Positions 36,252-44,676 of a DNA stretch of 64,000 nt are shown one piece after another. The translations under genes and the position numbers were made by a program. How positions within the stretch are numbered: the first letter of the stretch is position 1; the number at the start of each line of letters is the position of its first letter. The notes beneath the pieces were generated by a model, which searched no databases, was not told the origin of the DNA, and was given only the letters and a program-made list of their open reading frames with translations. Source of the stretch: a virus; the IMG/VR virus record IMGVR_UViG_3300021404_000006, positions 54,923-118,922 of that record; one strand, given 5' to 3'.

Positions 36252-37238
36252 ATGGCCATCGTATTCAAGCCAGGCGTAAAGCCGAACGATCCGCATCAGC
36301 CACGGCTTTACTTCAGCGCTTTCCGGCGTGCAGGCGCAGCAGCCCCTGCCTCAGTTGACTACTACTCGCAGCTTCGCAACATCGGAATGCTCGGCAATGC
36401 TGACTGGGGTGACTGCGTAGAGGCCAGCAACGGCCACATGGTGGAGCAGCAGACTAACCTCGGGCAGGGCACCGAGTACGTAGTCGCTGAGACTGCCGCG
36501 CTTGCCGAGTACAGCGCCATTACCGGCTTCAACCCGAACGCAGGCCCTCCCGGTTCTAACCCGACCGACCAGGGCACGGTAATCCAGGACGGCCTGAACG
36601 ACCTTCGCAAGAACGGCCTCGGTCCCCACAAGATCGCCGCGTTCGCTCAGCTTAACCCCGGGAACATGGCGGACGTGAAGCTCGCGATCTCCGAGTTCGG
36701 CATCATCGACATCGGCTTCCCGTTCCCGGCGTCCGCGATGGACCAGTTCAACGCGGGCCAGCCGTGGGACGTGGTTCAGGGTTCCCCGATCGACGGCGGT
36801 CACTGCGTGTCCGTGGCGGGATACGACGCCGCGTACCTGTACGTGTACACCTGGGGCGCGGTGCAGAAGATGACCTACGCGTTCTGGAACACCTACGTAG
36901 CCGGCAGCAGCGGCGAGGCGTGGGCTGTCGTCAGCCAGGACTGGGTGAACGCGAACACGGGCAAGGACCCCGAAGGCGTGGACGCACAGGCTCTCGGCGC
37001 GCAGTTCGCGTCGCTCACCGGCCAGCCTAACCCGTTCCCCGCGCCCGCTCCTACCCCCACGCCTACCCCGACGCCTACGCCTACCCCGGTTCCTGTTCCG
37101 CCGCCTGTACCCGTGGGTCCGGACGCTGCGGAGCTGGCTCTCGCCAAGGCGGCACGCAGGTTCCTCGCCTCGTGGTGGCCGACGCCTAAGTACCTGGTCA
37201 CGGCGCTCCAGAAGTGGCTCGCTGACAAGGGACTGTAA
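36252..37238 (+). CDS. papain-like (C1-type) cysteine peptidase with PT linker
   Basis: GNADWGDCVEAS, GGHCVSVAGYD, YTWG, EAWAVV; TATAGT -10 just before ATG. Confidence 0.75.
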   Translation: MAIVFKPGVKPNDPHQPRLYFSAFRRAGAAAPASVDYYSQLRNIGMLGNADWGDCVEASNGHMVEQQTNLGQGTEYVVAETAALAEYSAITGFNPNAGPPGSNPTDQGTVIQDGLNDLRKNGLGPHKIAAFAQLNPGNMADVKLAISEFGIIDIGFPFPASAMDQFNAGQPWDVVQGSPIDGGHCVSVAGYDAAYLYVYTWGAVQKMTYAFWNTYVAGSSGEAWAVVSQDWVNANTGKDPEGVDAQALGAQFASLTGQPNPFPAPAPTPTPTPTPTPTPVPVPPPVPVGPDAAELALAKAARRFLASWWPTPKYLVTALQKWLADKGL

Positions 37239-37250
37239 ATCTGACGACAG

Positions 37251-37286
37251 CTTTAAGTTTTTCGCAGAAATGCGAAAAACTTAAAG
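37251..37286. terminator. 16-bp stem with GAAA loop, terminator
   Basis: CTTTAAGTTTTTCGCA-GAAA-TGCGAAAAACTTAAAG. Confidence 0.75.
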
Positions 37287-37338
37287 TTGCCCGATTTCAA
37301 AATCCCCCCTTAATCCGAAATAGGCCGAGATAGCGATT

Positions 37339-37419
37339 ATGATAACCTGGCTTCTTATCGTTCTGATCGTCATTGTCACCGTTCTGCTCGGAGTCTTTCT
37401 GACGAGCCAGAGCAAGTAG
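37339..37419 (+). CDS. 26-aa single-TM microprotein
   Basis: MITWLLIVLIVIVTVLLGVFLTSQSK*; paralog of the next gene. Confidence 0.6.
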   Translation: MITWLLIVLIVIVTVLLGVFLTSQSK

Positions 37420-37446
37420 TACCCTGGAAGGCGGAAGGAGGTAATT

Positions 37447-37521
37447 ATGGCAACCTGGCTAGTAGTGCTGATCGTCGTTCTCGCCGTCCTGCTCGGCATT
37501 TTCCTTATCCGTCATCTATAA
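37447..37521 (+). CDS. 24-aa single-TM microprotein
   Basis: SD AAGGAGGT; MATWLVVLIVVLAVLLGIFLIRHL*. Confidence 0.7.
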   Translation: MATWLVVLIVVLAVLLGIFLIRHL

Positions 37522-37529
37522 TCACGGCT

Positions 37530-37886
37530 ATGGACATGAACAACCCGCTAGCGGACCTGCTTGCGAAGAAAGAGCAGGCTAAGGCTGAAGTGGCTAAGGC
37601 CACTAGCGCGGCTGAGGCCTTGCTTGCCGATCTCGAAGCCCAGGACGCGGTGAACGCCGCTGCTTCGACTGTAGACACGAAGCACCGGCTTCCCAGCGCT
37701 TACGCGCCCGGCGACCCCAGGAACGGCGTAGCGCCCTCGGGCGGCGACCAGCTTCACGATGCCCTGGAAAGCAGTTTCCGGCCGGTCAATAAGGACAACA
37801 TCTCCCAGACCACGCTTCCGTCCTCGCATACGGTGGACTTCGCGCAGAAGATCAGGGACGCGCGCCGGCCTTACGGCAACCATTAG
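37530..37886 (+). CDS. hypothetical protein
   Basis: TATAAT 7 nt before ATG; 118 aa. Confidence 0.7.
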   Translation: MDMNNPLADLLAKKEQAKAEVAKATSAAEALLADLEAQDAVNAAASTVDTKHRLPSAYAPGDPRNGVAPSGGDQLHDALESSFRPVNKDNISQTTLPSSHTVDFAQKIRDARRPYGNH

Positions 37887-37933
37887 GAAATCCCGGCCAT
37901 GAACGAAGTTCAAGACCGGGATTCCTCCTTTTC

Positions 37934-38122
37934 TTACTTATCTCGCGGTACTGCGTAGATCTGCCATCCGTGCCTGCCGTTAGGGCCTGCTACCGGGTCC
38001 TTCTGGTACCCGAATAGCCATCCTTCTATTCCTTCTATGGCGGCTAGAGATATGTACATGTCCCGCAGTTCTATCGCTTCTCTTTTTGTCGCGGCATGGT
38101 CTATGACGCTTTTCTCAGCCAT
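37934..38122 (-). CDS. hypothetical protein
   Basis: 62-aa ORF ending at a convergent hairpin (about 37885-37926). Confidence 0.6.
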   Translation of the reverse strand: MAEKSVIDHAATKREAIELRDMYISLAAIEGIEGWLFGYQKDPVAGPNGRHGWQIYAVPRDK

Positions 38123-38160
38123 GTGAACCTGCCTGCGTGCTAGTGGGGTGCCCCTTCATT

Positions 38161-38226
38161 TCAAAGGGGCGCGGTTCGCCTCCTGCGTTTACGTCGGCGC
38201 GGTTTTCGATGCTGGGGTCTGGACAT
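38161..38226 (-). CDS. 21-aa arginine-rich micropeptide
   Basis: SD GAGGAGG; MSRPQHRKPRRRKRRRRTAPL*. Confidence 0.5.
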   Translation of the reverse strand: MSRPQHRKPRRRKRRRRTAPL

Positions 38227-38263
38227 CGTTTCGCCTCCTCGTATTCGACTTTGAACCGAGAGC

Positions 38264-38572
38264 CTAGAACAGGTATTCGTCTGGATTATCGCGGATATTC
38301 ATCCCGAGGTCATCCCGCAAAAAGCGGAACCGGGAATTCGATATCGCTACCATGCCCTTCCGCCAGCCAAGCTGCACTGCGATCTGGCCCTCCATGCGGC
38401 CGAGTACCTTGATCCGGGGCAGGGGGTCGCTGCCGTACCCGTTTCCCTGCATCTGCACGGACTCAGTTCCGACCTCACTGCCGGTGTCCCCCTGCTGCCG
38501 CTGCTGCGGCAGGTCTGCGGCCTTGGCCTGCTCCTGCTGCTCAGTGTTCTCTGGTTGTGCCGGTGTAGTCAT
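38264..38572 (-). CDS. hypothetical protein
   Basis: SD GGAGGTG; 102 aa. Confidence 0.7.
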   Translation of the reverse strand: MTTPAQPENTEQQEQAKAADLPQQRQQGDTGSEVGTESVQMQGNGYGSDPLPRIKVLGRMEGQIAVQLGWRKGMVAISNSRFRFLRDDLGMNIRDNPDEYLF

Positions 38573-38746
38573 CTGTGCTCACCTCCCTCCGTTGTTGTAG
38601 CTCCCTTGGTAGAGCCACGCCAAAGCCGCAGGTATTCCCTCATCTTGCAACACTTTCTCTAATTTTTTCAACTTCTGGCAGACAGCCGGAGAAATGCTAC
38701 TGTAGTAGCTGGAACCAGGTTAAACCCGGACAAGGAGGAGACAGGC

Positions 38747-39568
38747 ATGAAGACCCGGTGGCGTGCTGCGGTAGTTGCAGCCGCTGGCGTGATGGCGGCG
38801 GCGGCTGCTCTCACTTTCACCCCCGTAGCGCACGCGGCTAACCCCGTCCCGCTGCCCGTCCCGCTTCAGTCGGGGCACCCGTTCGCCACGCAGAAGAACG
38901 GGCCTGAGATCTACAGCTGGGGACCGGGTGCCAACAACCCCGGCAACTGCTCGAACCCGAACCGCAGTGAGCTGAGCAGTGACGGCACGAACGCGGTCCT
39001 GACGACCAACGGCCAGTCCGGGGACTGCAATGACCTCCAGTCGCCGCACACTTATCCGACTACTGACGGTTACGTGTACGAAACGTACATGTACGACTCG
39101 AACTGGTCTCAGTGGGCCAGCTACTGGATGTACGGGAACAACTGGCCGACCGACGGAGAGATCGACAGCGTGGAGGGTGGCTCCGGTACCAGCTTCACCA
39201 GCTACCACTATGAAGGCCCTAGCGGTCCTGCCAGCTACTCCACCTGCAACAACTCCAATGGCTGCGACGCGAACGCGACTCCGCTCCAGATCGGGCCTTC
39301 CGGGGCTAACATCTCCTCGGGCTGGCACACCGTAGACATCTCCTACGGCGGCCACGGCGCTGGCCAGGGCGAGGTCTGCGTGTGGTTCGACGGGCACCAG
39401 TACGGCTGCGTGTACGGGTCTAACGTCCTGAACGGCGGCACCGACCCCGGTTACTGGTTCACGTACTCCACGGGCTCCTGCCAGTCCGCCAACAACGGCA
39501 GCGTGTGCAACGGCAATTACCCGGACCCCGGCACCATCAAGGTGCAGTGGATTCGCATCTTCACGTAA
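38747..39568 (+). CDS. secreted GH16-like glycoside hydrolase
   Basis: Signal peptide ...PVAHA; WASYWM..NWPTDGEIDSVEG (ExDxxE); GWHT; VWFDG. Confidence 0.8.
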   Translation: MKTRWRAAVVAAAGVMAAAAALTFTPVAHAANPVPLPVPLQSGHPFATQKNGPEIYSWGPGANNPGNCSNPNRSELSSDGTNAVLTTNGQSGDCNDLQSPHTYPTTDGYVYETYMYDSNWSQWASYWMYGNNWPTDGEIDSVEGGSGTSFTSYHYEGPSGPASYSTCNNSNGCDANATPLQIGPSGANISSGWHTVDISYGGHGAGQGEVCVWFDGHQYGCVYGSNVLNGGTDPGYWFTYSTGSCQSANNGSVCNGNYPDPGTIKVQWIRIFT

Positions 39569-40029
39569 TGCCGTCTAACTACAGCACCAGGAGTTCGAAG
39601 AAGCCGCAGGCCCGCAAGCCTCCGGCTTCTTCGCCTTCACCTGCCCCCGTTCCCAGGGACATAGGCGAGAAGACAGCGGGCTACGAACGCGAGCAGCGGC
39701 ATCCTAGCGGCCCGGCGTGGAAAAGGGTCGTAGCCAACGTCATAGCGGCTCACAATGGCATCTGCCATCTCTGCTACCATCCCGGCGCACAGCAGGCCGA
39801 CCACGTTATCCAGTACGCCGAAGGCGGCGGCGACACCGTGGAAAACCTGCGGCCCGCGCACGGATCGGCCGGAAAGCAGAAGAACAGGTGCCCCGTGTGC
39901 GGCCTCAACTGCAACAACATCCGGGGCGCGCTGTCGGTGGAGGCCGGCCGCCGGAAGATCGCGCGGAGGCAGGAGCAGGGAGCAGGGATAACCCCGGAGG
40001 TTAACGAGGACGCAGGACGGGAATGGTAG
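39568..40029 (+). CDS. HNH endonuclease
   Basis: ICHLC...ADHVI..AEGGGDTVENLRPAH...CN. Confidence 0.85.
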   Translation: MPSNYSTRSSKKPQARKPPASSPSPAPVPRDIGEKTAGYEREQRHPSGPAWKRVVANVIAAHNGICHLCYHPGAQQADHVIQYAEGGGDTVENLRPAHGSAGKQKNRCPVCGLNCNNIRGALSVEAGRRKIARRQEQGAGITPEVNEDAGREW

Positions 40030-40046
40030 CGAGTACGATAGGGATT

Positions 40047-40730
40047 ATGAAGCACGTGAAGCTACTCGTCCCGGCTTTGGGGCTGCTCGGCCTTGCCGCG
40101 TGTACGACTGCAACCAGTACCCCGGCTATGGCACCTTCGACGCCTGTCACCAGCACTCCTGCGATGACGCCAGCACATCCTGCGAGCATGACAGCACCTC
40201 CTCCCATGGCTCCTACTAAGGCCGCTATGACGCCTACTAAGGCTGCTATGGCTCCTACTACCGCCGTACCCGTTGTTGTTCCGCCGCCGTCCCGTACGGC
40301 TGCCGTGACCGCCCAGTGCACGCCGCAGAACACCTCGGTAACCCTCGCCATGAGTAACGGTGCCGCAGGCACGCTGTACCAGACTCTGGTCATCAAGAAC
40401 TTCTCAGGCGCTCCCTGCGTGACAGGCGGTTACCCGGGGATCTCCCTGGATACGGCAGCAGGTGCCCAGGCAGGCGCTTCCGCGACCCGGCAGGCTCCGG
40501 CCGGAGCAGAGGTACTGCTGGCACCAGGGCAGGCCGCTACGGACATCTTCAGCTACTCCGACGCCGGCGTTTCCACCTCCCCGAACTGCCATCCCGAACA
40601 GGCCACTTCGCTTCGCGTCTACCTGCCGGGTTCCGTGCAGTCGATCGTGCTCCCGTTCAGCCGCATGGGCTGTTCAGGCACCTACAGCTACCTTGACGTA
40701 TGGGCTGTTAACGTAGCGCCGGGTTCGTAG
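40047..40730 (+). CDS. lipoprotein with DUF4232-like domain
   Basis: Lipobox LAAC; Pro/Thr/Met repeats; GAAGTLY..LVIKN.SGAPC...GYPG...LAPGQAA. Confidence 0.8.
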   Translation: MKHVKLLVPALGLLGLAACTTATSTPAMAPSTPVTSTPAMTPAHPASMTAPPPMAPTKAAMTPTKAAMAPTTAVPVVVPPPSRTAAVTAQCTPQNTSVTLAMSNGAAGTLYQTLVIKNFSGAPCVTGGYPGISLDTAAGAQAGASATRQAPAGAEVLLAPGQAATDIFSYSDAGVSTSPNCHPEQATSLRVYLPGSVQSIVLPFSRMGCSGTYSYLDVWAVNVAPGS

Positions 40731-40736
40731 GCAGCG

Positions 40737-40952
40737 ATGCTGAAGTCCGTTTACCGTAAATGCGACAGTGCGCCTGATGACTTTGAGCACTGGCATCATA
40801 CGTGCTGGAGCTGCGGTGCGGACTTCTGCGGCTGCGAGAGAAACGGGTACGACTGCAAAGGCTGCGGCTGCGGTGAGTACCCAGCTGGTACCTGGGCTAC
40901 GCCCTCGGTTGATTTCGATCCTGAGTTCGCGGCAACTGCCCTTAATCCGTAA
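40737..40952 (+). CDS. small Cys-rich protein
   Basis: CWSCGADFCGC...CKGCGCG. Confidence 0.5.
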   Translation: MLKSVYRKCDSAPDDFEHWHHTCWSCGADFCGCERNGYDCKGCGCGEYPAGTWATPSVDFDPEFAATALNP

Positions 40953-41124
40953 GGGGCTTCCACAGCACTTCGCAGGGCCATACAAGGGCCTCGGAGTCGT
41001 AGTCGCCAAGTGAGCCGAAACGCTGCCACAGCATCCACTTCTTGCCCCATATGCAGCCGCTACTGTCTCGCACTACCGTCCCCGGCGGGTAGGCAAGAAG
41101 TACACCGATCTGATCGGCGGTCAC
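40942..41124 (-). CDS. hypothetical protein
   Basis: PPGTVVRDSSG.IW.K. Confidence 0.5.
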   Translation of the reverse strand: MTADQIGVLLAYPPGTVVRDSSGCIWGKKWMLWQRFGSLGDYDSEALVWPCEVLWKPLTD

Positions 41125-41162
41125 AAATTCAGATTACTGTTTTGTTTCCTGCGGGTAAACTG

Positions 41163-41675
41163 CTATTTGCACGGATGGTGCCCGTAAATCAGGAACCACT
41201 TGTTAGCTTTGACGAACTTGTTTCCGTTCGCCCAGAATCCCCAGGTACGCACTGGCCGGCCCGTGATAAGCAAAGTCCAGCAGCCACCCTCGTGCGGGTG
41301 AACAGTGTGCTGGTGCTCGGCTTTGCGGAACCGTACTGCCGGAGCTTCGAGGATATCGAGACCGTCAGGGTTCTCGTCGGTGTAGCCGCCTTTAACCACG
41401 AAGGTTAGAAACCACCACGGGTGATCGTGGAAGGCGCGGTCGTCATCATTCGACAGCCAGTGGTGCACGCGGACGGAGAATCCGAAAAGCTCTAGCCTCC
41501 ACCGGATGACGTAGGGGCACTCGGGCAGGCCCAGCGGTTCTTTCCATGCGAATTTAAGTACGCGGGGGCACATTCGAAGTACCGTCCTCTGCTTCATCTG
41601 AGCAGCGCTCTGCGTCTGAGCTACCCGCGTCCGGCGGACCCCGCCTCTTCTGGTGGGCTCCAGGTTGTCCTGCAT
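41163..41675 (-). CDS. cupin-like phage protein
   Basis: VHHWLSNDDDRAFHDHPWWFLTFVVKGGYTDE...HTV...WTLLITG. Confidence 0.75.
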   Translation of the reverse strand: MQDNLEPTRRGGVRRTRVAQTQSAAQMKQRTVLRMCPRVLKFAWKEPLGLPECPYVIRWRLELFGFSVRVHHWLSNDDDRAFHDHPWWFLTFVVKGGYTDENPDGLDILEAPAVRFRKAEHQHTVHPHEGGCWTLLITGRPVRTWGFWANGNKFVKANKWFLIYGHHPCK

Positions 41676-41729
41676 ATCTACTATAACCGTTCCCGCTACT
41701 GTTTTGTTCCCGGCTGGTAAACTCAGCCT

Positions 41730-42212
41730 GTGAGCTTCATAATGGCATTGGTAGCTACGGTCTCCCTTGAGATGGAAAGCTTCAAGGGCCTCCTCTGGTA
41801 CTACTGGTACCGCCTGCGGTACTGCCCTCTACAGGAGAACAGTATGAAAATTTTCCCGGTCATCGTACCGCCGGCTCTCGCGCCGTATGTGCCTTACCTC
41901 AAGTTCATCGCAGCGGCGGCAGGCGTAGTCGCTACCGCCATTACGATTCTCATGACCTCGCCGCCGTCCTGGGCGTATCTGGTGATTGCAGTGGTTACCT
42001 CGCTCGGCGTGTACTCGATTCCCAACATCAGCGTCAAGGCGGTCCTGTCCGATGGAGAGGCCGCCGTGAATGCCGCAGAGAAGGCCGTGAAGGACGCCAG
42101 GGGCGGGAACGTGGTCCAGGCTGAGCAGGATGTCTCCAGCGCCGTGAAGGACGTGCAGAGCACCGTACAGGACGTGCACGCCATTACCCAGGCACTGCCG
42201 AAACTTCCGTAG
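41730..42212 (+). CDS. putative holin (2 TM helices, coiled C-tail); alternative start at 41844
   Basis: KFIAAAAGVVATAI...LGVYSIPN resembles the actinophage holin LGVYxVPN end. Confidence 0.6.
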   Translation: MSFIMALVATVSLEMESFKGLLWYYWYRLRYCPLQENSMKIFPVIVPPALAPYVPYLKFIAAAAGVVATAITILMTSPPSWAYLVIAVVTSLGVYSIPNISVKAVLSDGEAAVNAAEKAVKDARGGNVVQAEQDVSSAVKDVQSTVQDVHAITQALPKLP

Positions 42213-42221
42213 ACAACGGCT

Positions 42222-42260
42222 AAAGCCCCGGTATAAGCACAGTGCTTATACCGGGGCTTT
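42222..42260. terminator. bidirectional terminator between convergent arms
   Basis: AAAGCCCCGGTATAAGCAC-A-GTGCTTATACCGGGGCTTT. Confidence 0.8.
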
Positions 42261-42309
42261 TCGCTTGCCTAGTGGCTAACTAGGACTTCCTCTTTTTCTC
42301 TTTTCATCT

Positions 42310-42418
42310 GCGCGACGGTTGACAGCCTTCCGTGGAGAGCCAAACGGGTTCAAAAATCCCCACCCGATGCAGGCTGCCTGTTGCCCCGGGTGAAAGGTTA
42401 ACCCAGAGCCGTCCGCGC
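42310..42418 (-). ncRNA. candidate structured RNA (multi-stem junction, possible pseudoknot)
   Basis: Stems GCGC(G)GACGG/CCGUCGCGC, CUCUGGGU/ACCCGGGG, GGCAGCCU/AGGCUGUC, CGGGU/ACCCG; G-U pairs favour the minus strand. Confidence 0.45.
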
Positions 42419-42430
42419 GGGAGGAGGACC

Positions 42431-42856
42431 TTAGAGAATGTCTCCGAAGGTTACCGGCTGGTCGGCAGCCCTCTTGACGGATTCGGCAGCTTCCCTGATG
42501 GATTCGGCGTACTGGGTGAAGATGGTCGGAAATTTTGGTTCGCCGTCAGTCTGTGGCGGCTCGTACTCGGCGGCTTTCCTCGCGGCGATCTCAGCCTTGT
42601 GAACCTTGATCGACTCGGCGTGGTTTACCTTGCCGCGTGCACGGCGCTCCAGACGGGCTGCCAGTGACCGCAGAGCGCGGGCGATAGCCAGGTCGTCACC
42701 GACAGTTTCATCGAACTTGTCGCCGCGCTCACGGCCTGAACTGCCGGTGCCAGTTGCTGTAAGAAGATCGACCGGCCAGCCGGTTGTGAGAACCGCTTCC
42801 GCCGTGGTCCTGGTGCCGTCCGTCATGGTAGTGACTCCGACATGAAAATCCTTCAC
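42431..42856 (-). CDS. DUF1876-like (dsRBD-fold) protein
   Basis: ATGTGSSGRERGDKFDETVGDDLAIARALRSLA. Confidence 0.65.
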   Translation of the reverse strand: MKDFHVGVTTMTDGTRTTAEAVLTTGWPVDLLTATGTGSSGRERGDKFDETVGDDLAIARALRSLAARLERRARGKVNHAESIKVHKAEIAARKAAEYEPPQTDGEPKFPTIFTQYAESIREAAESVKRAADQPVTFGDIL

Positions 42857-43077
42857 TCGTCTTCCCCTTCTATCTCGGTTACCAGGGCTAGCAGCGCCTG
42901 GGCGGCCCTGTCCTTGGTGTCGTACTCAGCCACCGTGAACGGCATCGCTGGCCCGATCATACTAGCCTTGATCTCGCCACGGCGGGTGATCGTGTCTTCT
43001 GCTACCCACATGCGGGTGATGTTCCGGATGTGGAGGTAAGAGCCATCCTCGCACATGATGAACTGCAAGTTAGGCAT
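42853..43077 (-). CDS. hypothetical protein
   Basis: Coupled ORF. Confidence 0.6.
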   Translation of the reverse strand: MPNLQFIMCEDGSYLHIRNITRMWVAEDTITRRGEIKASMIGPAMPFTVAEYDTKDRAAQALLALVTEIEGEDE

Positions 43078-43267
43078 TATTCACTTCTTCCTTGATGCTC
43101 CAGATTCCCTGCTCGTAGTACATCTTGAGCTGGCGGTACAGTGACTGCATCTCAGAAGGGGTTAGGTAAAGTTCTTGGTAGCCCGAGTCGCCGTTCACGG
43201 TTGCGCAGGCTTCGGTCCACTCGTTGCCGATAATTCCCGTAGGTTCCAGGGAGACGTGACTGGTCAC
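43070..43267 (-). CDS. hypothetical protein
   Basis: GTG start after SD GAGGG. Confidence 0.55.
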   Translation of the reverse strand: MTSHVSLEPTGIIGNEWTEACATVNGDSGYQELYLTPSEMQSLYRQLKMYYEQGIWSIKEEVNNA

Positions 43268-43269
43268 AG

Positions 43270-43467
43270 CTAGTCCCTCGCCGCCCGGATTCCGCTGGCC
43301 ACGCCGAGAACCATAATGCCTTCGACTGCGGCAGCGATCAGGTATACCGGCCAGATGCCGCTGTTGATGTGGTACATGCTGAGGCCCCAGACGATCCACT
43401 GAGCTTCCAGGAACATAACCCCAGCGGTTATTGCGGCGGTGACCAGTACTCCTATCAGTTTCTCCAT
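43270..43467 (-). CDS. small membrane protein
   Basis: Two hydrophobic helices; SD GAGG. Confidence 0.65.
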   Translation of the reverse strand: MEKLIGVLVTAAITAGVMFLEAQWIVWGLSMYHINSGIWPVYLIAAAVEGIMVLGVASGIRAARD

Positions 43468-43542
43468 GTTTCCTCTCCCAGAGTGTGTGCAGGGCGCTGA
43501 AGGCTACGATAGCCTGCAACGCCCTGCCGGGTGATTGTATTC

Positions 43543-43830
43543 CTAGAGAGCGGTTGGGTCCTCATGCAGGCTCTCGATAGGCATTTTCAGGGAAAGCGGA
43601 TCATCGTACAGGCCGTCGATGGCCATCTTCAGGGAGAGCAGGTTGTCCACCGTGCCGGTGTTAACTAGCTGTTTCCGTGCTTCTAGAGGCAGCTTGGTGT
43701 CGATGGCGGTCAGCGCCCGCATGATGCTGCGGCTCAGCTTCGCCGCATAAGCTTCCTCCATGTCGATGATGAGCCGGGTTTCTCGCCTAGCTTCAAGGGC
43801 GGTTCTGCCGGTTTCTGTTGCGGATCTCAT
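43543..43830 (-). CDS. hypothetical protein
   Basis: 95-aa ORF. Confidence 0.6.
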   Translation of the reverse strand: MRSATETGRTALEARRETRLIIDMEEAYAAKLSRSIMRALTAIDTKLPLEARKQLVNTGTVDNLLSLKMAIDGLYDDPLSLKMPIESLHEDPTAL

Positions 43831-43844
43831 TTTTCCCCCATTCT

Positions 43845-44597
43845 CTAGAGACCGACAGCGTTCGCCGCGTACTCGGCCTGCGCTTGGGTGAACTGGTCGC
43901 CGTAGGGCGAGGTGAGCTGCTGGATTAGGCTGGCCCGGCTGAACCCGCCCATGGCCATGTACCCCTTTGCGGCGTCTACCGCCTGGGCATTCCAGTCCGG
44001 GTGGAGGTAGTTGACCGCGAACACGGCGTCTGCATTCGCGAATCCGTCACCGCTCGAAGAAGTGAGCTGCTGGATAAGTCCGGCCCGGCTGAATCCGCTG
44101 CCCAGGTTGAGGTAACCCTGTGCGGCCTGTACGGCTTGCTGCTGGCTCGCGGTCATTGCCGGGGCGGTGCTTGCGGTAGGCAGGTACTGCGGGCAATCCT
44201 GCTTCTCGGCGTTCCGCACGATCTGCTGGGGGCTCTGCCCGAGAACTCCGTTGCTGCCGACTTGCGTGCTCACCAGGTTGATGATGTCCGATTCGCTGCT
44301 GCCGGCACTCCGTAGCTTGCATACGTCAGCGTAGACGGCGGTTAGCGGATTCGCAGTAGCTGACGTTGCGGGTGCCGGCTTCGTTGCGGGGGCCATAGGC
44401 TTTGTGGCGGCCGGAGATGACTTAGCAGTCTGACTGGAGGCTGTTTTTCCGCCGCCGGTTGCCAGGACGATCACGACGATAAGCATGATCAGGCTTGCCG
44501 CCCCGATAGCGACCCACCGGAATAGGTGGTGCTTTTTCGGGGGCTGCGGAGGTGGCGGAGGATCGTAAGCGGGCATCTGCTGAGTGTAGTCACTCAT
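43845..44597 (-). CDS. Ltp-family (superinfection-exclusion-like) membrane protein
   Basis: TM anchor plus two repeats QAV.AA.GY....GFSR..LIQQLTS..GD.F...A.YA. Confidence 0.85.
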   Translation of the reverse strand: MSDYTQQMPAYDPPPPPQPPKKHHLFRWVAIGAASLIMLIVVIVLATGGGKTASSQTAKSSPAATKPMAPATKPAPATSATANPLTAVYADVCKLRSAGSSESDIINLVSTQVGSNGVLGQSPQQIVRNAEKQDCPQYLPTASTAPAMTASQQQAVQAAQGYLNLGSGFSRAGLIQQLTSSSGDGFANADAVFAVNYLHPDWNAQAVDAAKGYMAMGGFSRASLIQQLTSPYGDQFTQAQAEYAANAVGL

Positions 44598-44676
44598 GAT
44601 TGGATTTACCTTTCGTTGCGGTTACATGATCGTTGGTCCAGGGGGGTTAAACACGCGGCGAGCGAGATTTATTCCC

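Noticed and set aside
37040-37110. Tandem DNA repeats (CCTACCCC...), also near 28080-28145 and 40120-40260
   Set aside because: They simply encode Pro/Thr-rich protein linkers.
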